A stretch of DNA of 64,000 bases from the NCBI GenBank assembly GCA_051362555.1, contig CM120643.1, positions 18,666,848-18,730,847 of the forward strand. Reading direction: 5' to 3'. A program made the translations under genes and the position numbers. The DNA comes from Lingula anatina. Taxonomy: Eukaryota > Animalia > Brachiopoda. Below, piece by piece: positions 38,161 to 49,800 of this stretch (positions are counted from its first letter, which is position 1; each line of letters begins with the position of its first letter). The notes below the pieces were generated by a model. It saw only the letters and a program-made list of their open reading frames with translations. It was not told where the DNA came from and searched no databases.

Positions 38161-40647
38161 TCACATATTAGACTGCTGTGCCAGGAATGTTCGTATTCTA
38201 TGCAGAAGCTCTTTCTTCACATTATCTGGAACCATTGCTGAAAAATAAAATAAAATAATAAATAAATAATTAAGAAACCAAAGTAAGCAAAACATACCTC
38301 AAAAATGGGTTTAAGAGAGTTATAATGCAATTGTCTGAACAGTCTTGGAATAGGGCGTAACTTAGTGATAGGCATAATTTAGTGATTCAAGAAAATTATT
38401 GACATATCCATGAAAATTAATTTTCACCTTTTCCTTCCTTAATTATTTTAAAAAGGTCTTATATGCAATATGTCTTAAATAGAATGTCCAATCCAATACA
38501 AAGGTTACAGCAATTACAGTCTAGACTGCTTCATAAAAGATTGGCACAAGTTGAAAACACTTGAAATGCCTAGCCACTACAGTTGGCAAAAAATCAAAGA
38601 CCACGAGAATTTGTTCCACAGACTTATTATCATCATTATTGTTTACTATTAAGAAAAATCAACAGCTTAAGATTCCTTGTGAAACAACTTCATGGCTTAA
38701 GTACACTAAGACCAATTCCCATCTTAAGATTCTTAGAAATTGTGCACCTCTTAATAATTCACGAGAGATACAAAAAGACCTGTAACTTACCTCTACCCCT
38801 TGGTGTTATTTCAGCAACCAAGTCATCCACAGTGATATGCTCAAGACCTTTCTGTTTGACCACATCTAAACAAAACAAAATAAAAGGAAGAGAAATGATG
38901 CCATGCATAAACCCAAACAGCCATATTTCCTTCCTTGTCATAACACAAACAACGATTTTTCTGATCTTTTGCATTATAACATCTTTACGTCATTTAGTAT
39001 TAAATTTAATAAAACCATGAACTACAAGATGAATAAACCATCCATACCTTTACAATATGCTTTCAACTGATCTCTCCATCCACATTCTATGAGCCTTGTT
39101 CGCAGTAATTCTTTTAACCTGTAACATGAAGATTGGCACATGGTCAAACCAAGATTTCCTATGATATTTTGATAATTTTATGTTACCAAAAAGATGGCTG
39201 CATATTCAAAAAGGGGCATATTACTGCCAGAAAATTGTTCTTCTTCAGCTAAACATCTAAATCCAAAGCAGTCCACTTAACTTAAGTAAGCAGTCTGTGC
39301 CATAAACTTTTCAGCTCTCTGGGTATTTGGGCAACCAGTTTCCCAAAACCTACTAGACTGAATAAAGATCGACTGGTCTGGATATAAAAAATTCAATCCG
39401 ACTGGACATAATAGTAATGAGTAATACCCATAAGTGTAATTTATTGCACCTTTGAGTAGTTTGTACTTTGTCCCAATAGTGTGACTAACCCTAACCTGTA
39501 CTAATCATATGGCACCCCAGACTTCCATTCCTGGATCCCAGTGTATTATAGATGCACTAATGATGCAGTTTTCATGCCCTCCCTTAAGCAGTAAAAATAT
39601 GGTTAGGAGTAAAGGCAGCCTGTATTTTCCTTCAAGTAGAATTAAAGTATATGTTTTTATGCAGTGATTCATATGTTGTTTAGAACTAGTACATTTTTTA
39701 TATTAGTTTAGATACTACAATGTACATCTAGACTAGTTGTGTATGGAAATCACTCTGTGAAGTACTTGATGTATTTGTATTTGATCATGCTCAGATGCAG
39801 GGTGATTGTCAATGAACTTCTGATTCTTATTCCTAGGACTATTATTCCTGTCACACCCTTTGAAACATTGGGCATGTACTGAAAAATGTTATACAGGGGC
39901 ACAATTAGAAGACTGCTACTGGATCAAAGTAGACTCAATTTTTTTTTGTTATAAACTTAACAGTCATGAGGCTAGGTTAAAAAAAAAACATTTTATTGCA
40001 GATCTAGACGAATCTCAAGAACCATCAGAATTAAATTAAAAAACTTGGAATTCTGCGTTTCCGCAGAAAAAGCTCATGAATGTCTGCTATGTACAGCTGT
40101 CTTGTGAAACCAATCTCTGGTGACTAATCCCACGATTATTTAAATCATAGCATTCCTTACCTCTCTCTCTCCCCAGTCTCTACCAGTTTCTGGCTAATGG
40201 ATGCCCGCATCTGTGCATCTTTAAGTCTTCTTTCTTGAAGGCTAAAGCAATGAAAATTTTAGAAATGTTTTAAATCTCAATACTAATATCTGTTACGTTG
40301 ATCATTATCATATTTCAAAACTGAATTACAATTAACATATGACAATATGAATATAATTATTTGAAACTGTGAAATCATATTTTTGCATCTCAGACGTTGT
40401 TTAGATCAAGTAATAATGTTCAGAAGTCGATTTATCTGCTTTCGTTTGTCGTTACCCCCACGCCCGATGGAAAGGATGTGTCCGTTATTTAAACCAAGCA
40501 TAACAAAATTTTAATTGGTTTTTATGCCAGAAACATAATGGTATATGAAAAATAAAACTAACAGATCGCACTGAAAGGCGTTTGGTCCTTAAATACTTCT
40601 TTAAAAGTAAAGAATTTCGTTAAAATTGGAAGCACTTACTCTGCCAT
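38161..40647 (-). CDS. ENY2: Transcription and mRNA export factor ENY2 (Sus1); exons 40647-40640, 40241-40161, 39118-39048, 38865-38791, 38237-38161
   Basis: Spliced translation [103 protein letters not shown] matches the ENY2 family. Confidence 0.96.
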
Positions 40648-41163
40648 GGCTCTGACGTCTCTATATCTCGAAGATGGCGCGGTTTTCAAGATAAACCATC
40701 GAAATAATGTATTTGTGGCTTGTTATTCGCAAGAATTCCAGTGTTTGAAGTAACGATAAGAATACTTAGTTGTACTTAATGCAGTGTTCTAAACAATACA
40801 TATGTAGTGGACGAATAGGAAACAAATTTACTTATCCAATAGCTTGTCATGGAGTCTTCTTTATTAGGTAAAAAAGTCTCGAAATACAGCATCAGCTCGA
40901 TTCGTTCCTTAAATTGGCGGAAATGTATTTCAATGAAAGCTCTAAATTTGGAAAAAGCAGAAAAGAATACATTGTCCCTCCAATTGTTTACACTTAAAAT
41001 AACATTTTGATGATTAGATCTGTATTTGTTTGCTACGTATAAATGTGATACCAAGGTGCTTTGTGAACCCCAGAGGAACTAGTCAGAAAAGAAACGGAGC
41101 GCCATTTGCGAATATTTACAAACCGCTCACGGTAAATACAGTTAACACACAACGCGCACCAGC
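40648..41163. promoter_or_regulatory. Probable bidirectional promoter, ENY2 / CENP-T
   Basis: Divergent ATGs ~0.5 kb apart; YY1-like AAGATGGCG (~40671) and CGCCATTT (~41100), E2F-like TTGGCGGAAA (~40914). Function inferred. Confidence 0.6.
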
Positions 41164-44100
41164 ATGGAAGAAGATACACCAAGATCGTTGATACGGTCTG
41201 TCCTGTCAACAAGAGATGTTAGTCAAAGTGTCATGAGGCCGCGTAAGCAGTCTGGAAAGGGCAGCATGTCTGAGACTGATAACAGAAGGAAATCTCGAGG
41301 AGAAAAACGGAAGTCCATGACCTCCAACGATGAGGAAGAAACACCAAGAACTTTGGTTTGCATTTTATTTTTGTAATTTTGCGAAAAAATGAAGTAATTT
41401 TTTAAAACCGTATTCGACAGATAACAGTATATTTAAAATTGTCTTGGAAAGGAATATCTTATCTTAGAAGATATAAAAAGAAAAACGGAATTTAACCCAC
41501 TTATTTATCATTTTACATACATTCTTTATTGTTACAGTTAATAAATACCATTTTCTTTTATGGCAGATAAATAAGTTCCTGCAAGGTCACCAAACAGTTG
41601 TTCAGTCTACAAGGAAAAGGTCAAGGGTCACTTCAGAGAGGACACCAGAAACTTGGGCACAACAGAAGGCTTCTACTAGCAATGCAAGACGACGTGTCTC
41701 CTCTGTACCAGATTTACGCAGAAGATCAATTACAAATCGGATGCGCCAAACACCAGGAAAGGACTCAACACCAAGAACAACTATTCGTGACTTTCTTGAA
41801 AATGGTACACTTGTAGTTAATTTTTATTTACTGCATGTACTAGTACAGCAGTGCTTATTTCAAATCAAGTATGACAGCATATTCAAAAAGTGACCAAACA
41901 AATATTAGACTCAAGATCTCTTTTTTCTCTTTTGCGTTGTTTTTTTACCATGTGAATCTTTCTACAAAAAAGGACATATATAAACTATATGTCTTTTATA
42001 TTGCCAGAATTCAGTGTCTGTTGAGTTTTTGTTGCATTTGTAAAGTAAATAATGTACATCTTTTTTCTCAAATAAAAATCACTTAGAATTTTTTTCTTAT
42101 TAGCTCGAATTTGTTTTTCATTTCTGTCTGCAGCATCAGAAGAGACACCATTCCATCCTCCAGCAAGACGGGAGTCACCAAGAAAAACTCCACAAAGTTT
42201 GCAGAAACAGACTCAAAGATCAGCCATTAAAAACCGGTATACCTGTAGAGAAAACTCTTAATATATTTATTTTGACAAGTAAACACTTTACCTACTAGAA
42301 CAGAGGGACAACTATCTAAAGTAATCACTTTCAAAAAAAAAATCCAATAATGTTTTTGGTTTTCGAGGCAAGGCTTTCCCCAGAGAGCTGTACGGCTGTT
42401 ATTTGGACTACCATTAGCCTTAAAAGACAGCTTACATTTCCAAAGACTGCTAGACTGCTTCCAGAGTTTTTGGGTTGGTTGGTTTGGTTTACTTGGGTTG
42501 GGCTTCCTGTAAATCGATGACCTTTTTTTCAACTTAATTTATCTTTTCTCTCTGAAAGATCCAGGCTTAGTGAGAGTGATCATGGTCAGTCAGATGTGGT
42601 TCCTTCTTTGAGGCACACTCCAAATATTTCCCGAAAAAAGAAACGCCAGATTTCCCTGGATGCTTTTGCTGCAGGAGTACAGACACTATCACAAAGAGAA
42701 AACAGTGGTAGGTTTTAGAAAATTAATACTTATTTTTTTAAATTTCAAGTTTGATGTGATCAACATCTAAAAATGGTTACCTATAAGAACACTAGATGCT
42801 TTAAAAAAAGTATTATCTAACATATCTAATATTTGTTTCTTTAAACCTACTATTAAGTGAAATTTTTAACTTTTTTCTTACCTTTTTAGGGAAATATTCA
42901 TAACTTAATGATGGCCTTAATTTTTTTGACAATTTGACAATTTTAAGGAAAAAATGTTTTCTAGTCAAGTAATATACTAATTATATTATACAAATGGACA
43001 ATTTCTTCTGAAAACAATCATTGTTATAAACAATCATTCTCACTTCTTTTTTTCTTTGACACAAAAGATGAGGAAATCTCTGATTCAGCTTTAGGAAGTA
43101 TTCAGGAAGAGGAAGAAGAGGAAGAGCATGAAGTAATTGATCTTCAGAATTATGTTATTGTAGCTTTAAAAAAATTGAAACTGTTTGTAGGATATTGTTT
43201 GCTTTAAAATATTCTAATTTTTCTTGTCTTAATGTTTTAAAGATGTGTTCCCTCCAGTATTAATAGTGAAATTCCATTAAAATGTTACAAAACAATGCAA
43301 CCATTCATTTGACTAAAGCTTTTTTGCAAAATCTCAAGTAAAAAAAGTGAATATATACTTGGTATTTTTAAAGGTCTGATCTTTTGTTATATCTCTGAAT
43401 TATTCTGTTCCAGGCAATGTACAGAGATCGGCTCATGGACATTAATAAAAATGATAATGATGCTGATGACATTGATAAATTTAAATCTAACCAAAGGAAA
43501 CGCACTCCAAAATCTAAACTATCCAGGAGTCTGGGTGGCAGGGACAAAATTCATGATTTAGGTGAAAAGATTGTTGAGGAGGAGGATGGAAATGAGGATC
43601 AAGAAGAAAATGAGGAAGATGTTGATGAGGAGCAAGAGATAGATGAAAATGAGGTTGATGAACAAATTGAGGTAGCAAGTGTTGATGGGGAGCAAGAGGA
43701 TGGAAGCAAAGATGATAAACAAATTGAGGAAGCAGATGTTGAGGAGCAAGAGGAGGATGAAAATGAGGATGGTGGACAAAATGAAGAAGAAGGTGTTGAA
43801 GAGAGAGAAGCTGAAGAGGATGGAGTATTAACTGATGATGATGAAGATGAAAATGAGGGAGATGCAAGTAAAAGATCAAGACAGGAAAATGAACAAGATG
43901 ATTATGATGAAGAAGAACAAGATGAAGAGAGTGAAAATGAGGAGCAAGAAACATCATATAGGTATTCTTCAACATTTGAATTTTAATTCAGAGCATATAA
44001 TCTTGTATGATAGTCAGGTTTTTGTTCATTTCTTTGTATTAATAGTTTTCTTTTGTTCATTTGTGATTATGTGGTTGTTCAGAAAGGTATTTACATTTAA

Positions 44101-46232
44101 TTGTAGCCTCATAGTATGTAATAATCTGTTGCACTGACGAATCCTTCAAAATTTGAAAAACAAACATACATTTATAAACTAATGTCAATGAAAACATGGT
44201 ATTTGTTTTGAAAAAATACCTGGAAAATATAATTCATTCAGTCTACGTTATTTACCTTTATATATTTTTCTTAGTTTATCTCAATAATATGAAAATATAC
44301 ATTGCCAATATTATACTTTGCCTCAGGTCACGGCATGCCTCTAACAAAACACTGGGTCCAGAGTACACTCCACTTCACATCCCAGCCAACATCCCCCAAA
44401 GACCAAGGTCCATGTCCACTCCCAAAGCCAAGGTCATGCCCAGTAGCAGGAAAGACGTACGTCCAGCACTAACCAGTGTTAGTCTGGGTGCAGCTGATAG
44501 GATGGGAATAGGGTAAGTAGGCCTTGGTAGCTGAAGGATGAAGATCGGGTAAGATGGCATTGGCAGCTGATAGGATGGGGATAGGGTAAGTTGGCAGTGT
44601 CTGCTGATGGGATGGGAATAGGGTAAGTAGGCCTTGGAAGCTAGCAGGATAGGGAATTGGCAGATGGACGTTGTACCCTAGGACACGGCATGTTTTGGTA
44701 TTGCAAGTTTGATGTTGGTCTCCTATCTGCCTGTCTAAAAGTGGACTAGCTCAAAACTATGAACCTTAAGATATAGTGACCTACACCTAGTTTTGCAATT
44801 AATAAGATGGATAATAAGTTTATATTTGTTTTGGTTTAAGTGCTGGCAGATTATTTTTTTGAAAAATGTCAGCTGTTCAGGCGAGTTTGAATTAGAAACT
44901 ACGACGACCATTTTAAATGTCAATGGAAAATCAAAAGCAGCAGTTGTTTCAAAGACACTATTTCTCCATTTATTTCAATGAACAAGGGTTATGTTCCTTT
45001 TTTATTTTTGCTGAATAGATTTAAAAAATGAAAAAAAGTACTAATTTGCAATGAAAACAATAAACAATCATTTATTTGAATGTGATTTATGTATTTTTTC
45101 TCCCTATTTGGTAATTAGTAAACCCAACCAGGCAGAAAAAGAAAGAAAAAAGCCAACAAGAAGAACTCCAGCAGAGGGAGGGAAACCAGTTCGTCTCCCC
45201 ACAGCTCTTACCAAGGGCATATTCAGCCATTTTGCCAAGGGTCGAATAACAAAAGATGTTATTAGGGAAGTGGAGAAAGTGTGAGTTATGCAGTACCTGT
45301 TTATACCAGTTGGCTAATTAGTGCTTGCCATGTGTGCATTTGAAGTACGAGTGGACATAGCATTCACCTTGCTTACAAGTTATGTGTGTGAAATAATGTA
45401 GCAAGTTTTTAATTTGTTCAGCGTGGGTGAATAATGGATACACCACCCCTTACCAGCCTCTGGGTTTTATCATGAATAAATTTTATTTGTTCAAAAGATT
45501 TATTTGAAAATTACAACCAAAATTTTTTAAGTGCTAAAAATGATAGTGTCATTACAAATTTAAAGCTTTCCAAAATATGTACCCACTTGCATTTCTAATT
45601 TAGTTCAGACCAGTTTTGGGCAAATCTCTCTGACGATTTGGCAGCCTATTCACAGCACGCCAAGAGACAAACCATAGAAGAGTCAGATGTTGAACTGCTC
45701 ATGAGAAGGTAAACTGTCTTTCAGATTCTAAATTAAAAGTACCAACTTGATCATGAGAAGGTAGACTGCCTTTCACAGAAACTGAATTTAAAATACCAAC
45801 TTTATCACAATAGAGTTGGCTGCCTTTAAAACAAGAGAGGAATAAAGTTTGACAGGTCTGATGCCAGCTTTTACACTCATGGAATTCTTGCAGGACAGTT
45901 TTTCTGTACATGACTTTCAGAGCCATTTTACATTTATACTTTTTAATAAAAAAATCCTCATTTCTCAGCAAGTTCCATTTATTTGAAAAACGTTTATTAA
46001 AAGAGGCAATAACTTGAAGAAGATAATTTTTCTACAATTCATGATAGCATTTTATTAAATTATTTTAATTTTGATCATTACAATTTCATTTATTTTGCTA
46101 TATTACAGGCAAGGTTTTGTAACAGACTCCCAGTCCATGTATACTCTAGTGGAAAAGTATCTACCACTGGAATACAGGCAGGAGATAATTCCCATAGCAA
46201 GATACAACAATATAGTGGTGCCAAGGCAGTGA
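41164..46232 (+). CDS. CENPT: Centromere protein T-like; exons 41164-41355, 41567-41804, 42134-42236, 42559-42707, 43068-43132, 43414-43961, 44327-44512, 45119-45280, 45604-45708, 46109-46232
   Basis: N-terminal TPRxxI motifs, a long disordered/acidic middle, and a C-terminal histone fold (IFSHFAKGRITKDVIREVEKVSDQFWANLSDDLAAYSQHAKRQTIEESDVELLMRRQGFVTDSQSMYTLVEKYLPLEYRQEIIPIA) typical of CENP-T. All phases are consistent. Confidence 0.92.
44490..44650 (+). repeat. ~37-bp minisatellite (~4 copies) spanning the CENP-T exon 7 donor
   Basis: Unit gctgataggatgggaatagggtaagtaggccttggta, with donor GT copies at 44513, 44549, 44586 and 44623. Confidence 0.85.
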
Positions 46233-46823
46233 CAATGATCTATAGAATTTTAAATTACTAAATATAATATTATGACAAAAGTTGATTCAAAAGTTTGTAG
46301 TGGAAAATATGTTTAATTTACATAATGAAATCAGTAATTTTTTGCACCAAATTTGCAATATTTTTATACCAAAATTGTTAAATCAAAATTTAAAAAACAC
46401 AGGTTAAAATAAACCCATTACTGGCAGTGCTATAAGTTAATTAAGGCAATCACTTGCAAGTTTTTAACTGTGAAGCCTATAGATTATAAAGTCATGGACT
46501 AAATAAATGCTTCAAGTTAGCAGTCAAAGCTACCTGGAAAACCATTACAAAATGCCTTATGTTTAATTATCAATAGTTCGAAGCACCAATAAAAAAAAGT
46601 GACAAAAATTTCTTTTGAATCGAACCTCTTGGCAATTCAAATTATCATTATTCAAAGCATTATTCTCTAAAACCTTAAACCATAACAAATACAACTTCAT
46701 TAAAACTTGAAAAGAATGTTACATGATCAATAATTTTTGGTTTTCAAAAAAAGGTTTTCACCCTCGTGAAAAACCTTTTACCAAACACTTTTTCAAAGAC
46801 ATGGCACTTTGTTTCAAACATTT

Positions 46824-49800
46824 TCATAAAGCTTCAATGTCGTGATTTTGACTTGATATAGAGTTCCCATCTCTTTCTGTTGAACTAATCACACTTTCCG
46901 CTTGCCGTCTCTGAGGGCATTCAGGAATTCCATGTTTGCTGATGCGATTGATATGGTCTAATCCTATTAAAAAGAAATCAACGCAATTAAATACCTAAAT
47001 TTAACATTTAGTAATATATTAAGTACAATATGAAATTTATTATGAGGAAGTTGAGACAATTATCTCTGTTATATCAAGAAAAGCCTTGCAACAAGTGCTT
47101 TATCTGAGGCAGACTTAAACCGATTCCAGCAGAAAAAAAACAGAGTGTGCCGGTGTACCATGAAAATCTGACTCCCCCTATGAAATTTTCACTTTTCATT
47201 TTTATGGGGGGAGTCAGATTTTCATTATGAAAATCTGACTGGGGGAGTCAGATTTTCATGTTACACCGTGTTCTATGTGGAGCATTTGTGCAAATGACTG
47301 TTGTGACTCTGCACAGAATACAGAATGGTTGCAGCCTATTGTTTGTTCAGGAGACTGCCCATGGTATTTGAAAAAGTACCTGAACAGAAAATGTTAAAAC
47401 TTAATAGATACCTATGAAGTACAAGCAAATGCCCAGGCTGTAATGTACTTATAATAAATTATAAAAGCCAGTTATTTTTCGTGACACAAATAAAATCCAC
47501 ATACAAAATGCTGACTGAAATTAATCTCTCGGACAGCACAAAAAAGCTGCACCTTCAAATATCTGGTGACCGTCCTTTATTTGACCTACAGCAATGGCTC
47601 GATCTCTTTAATGGGGAAATCATCAACTTTTCAGAAACAAAATTTTGGAATTATCATAAAAATTATCTCTATAAAGCATTTGTGGTGCTTTTACTTTATT
47701 GAATAGAACTATAAGGTACTAGTAGCCTGCTTTTCAGTTTTGTGACTACTACATACTCAATAGGAATGTTTTAATTCTAAGAATTTATGTCTCAAAAATA
47801 CAGTATGACTGTAAAATTCATAAATTTACGCATTGAAAAGATTGAATCATTACTGTTTTCATTTTCCCTTACATCTTGATCCTCTAGGATTCAGTTACGT
47901 ATTTGTTAAGATAGACTAAGAATATTTGTTGGATTCTGCTTTGGCAGCAGGAATAATGTCAAAAACAGTTACAATTTGCAAGAATGACTTAGGAATACTT
48001 TATGAATATTAGGATTCAGTGTGATAGAGAAAGCTAGGTGTCTGCCGAATGCACCTACAATTCTGATTCAAAATTAATGTAATCTCGACTATTCTTCCCC
48101 TCACCCTTGCTTTACAGAATCGTAGTCTAATCGCGGTAAGATGAATACTTCACAATTCTTAGATTAATTTGAGAATACATAAGAATGGCTAAAAATTGCT
48201 AGGAATTAGTTACGATATCTAGGAAGGTACCATGGATTTGGTAAGAATTTACTAAAAATTTTTTTCCATTCAGAGGTCAGGACCAAAATTTTGAACAGCT
48301 CAAAACTTTTGACCCGGTTTCACAATCTTTCAAACTATGCAAGAACTGAGTATAAATTAGAATCAGTTAAAAGCTTAAAGAATTTACCATAATTATAGTA
48401 AGAATCTTGGACTTTATCAATTTGTGGCAGTTCGTGGAATTCTTAGTCATTGTGGAATAGGGATATTAGACTTGTGACTTTATGTGAAACGGCCTAATGG
48501 CATTTGTTTGGGTTAAACTTTCATCCAACTCCCTCACCCTTACAAGAGTATTTTGAAAATATTTCCAAAATACATATTTAAAATAATTTTCTGGAAGTGG
48601 ACTTAAAATCAACAAACCAAAGTGATAGCTCTCATCTCCTTGTGTGAAACACTCACCTCCACAATATCCACATTTCCTGGCTTTCTTTGTCTTTGGTTCT
48701 GGTGCCTTCTCTGATGGCAACTGTTCCTGCACAGATCCTTCCATCTTGTAGGTATCATAGTCTACATGTTCACCTTCACTGGGCGATGGTTCCCACTTTT
48801 CAAAATCTTCACACTTTGAGGTATCAATCATGCTGATGTCATAACGAACATCAGCACCTTCTTTGGCATTGTTTTTCACTATGTAATCATTATCATGAGT
48901 GTGATGAGGGATACTGGACATAGAAATCTTTTCAGAACTACACCTCTCTGTTTGTTCATCTTGCTGTCTCTGTTTTGGATATGAAGCAGTCAAGCAATTC
49001 AACACATAATTTTCATCTTCCAGAAATTCTATAGCAGTGGCAGTCATCTTTGTCTTGTATTTGTCTTCTCTTGATTTCCCATTTTCATTTTTTTTCTTTC
49101 TTGGCAATTTTTCATATTTTTTCTTGCTAGGTGCACCTGTAGACTTCTTCCTTGGGACATAAGGATCAGCTTGATAATGTTTTGATTCAATGGTTTCAGA
49201 AGTTGTTTCCAGTTTCGAGACATGATTAGAGGGTACTTTTTGGCATTGGTGCTTTCCAATATGCCTCTCAATAACATAAGCCATCTTGTCCGGAGAAGAG
49301 ACTGGCTTCTTTATCTTCTTTTGCACCCTTGTTGTAGAAGGTTTACAAATGTCTGGAAAATGGAGCACCGCCATAAAAGCAGTTTGGGCCGAGTTCTGCA
49401 CAGCTTCTAATTTGGTGCTCCCTGCACCCTCAAACGTCATATCATTTATTGTTAGGACTGCAACATATGTAGGTTTCTTTTCCAGTCCATAATTAGAGAC
49501 AATTCTGTACTGTAATTCCTCCTTACATGGAGCCAAAGAGACCAGAGCCTTTTCTATTGCATTCCATTTTGCGTCGACAGAGCTGCCACCAATACCCTTA
49601 AATATTTGACCTTTTGCCTTCATGGACACAATAAATACAGGGATATCATTTACCCACTGTATAATAACTTTAGACCATTTTACATTTGGTATAGTTTCAT
49701 CCGGATCTTCACAAATAATAGCACCCTCAGCCTGCAATTCCAAAATTGTCTCCGAGAGACTGTACAAAGAATTATGCCCATGTTGTGCACAGATTCTGGA

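Noticed and set aside
43514-43975. His/Leu/Pro-rich 153-aa minus-strand ORF and other overlapping ORFs
   Set aside because: Antisense or alternate-frame shadows of the GAR/GAY-rich acidic CENP-T exon.
48466-49767. 433-aa ORF as an independent single-exon gene
   Set aside because: It begins at TTG, the frame is open upstream to an acceptor at 49916, and it has an internal strong donor at 48656. It is better explained as an internal RBFA exon.
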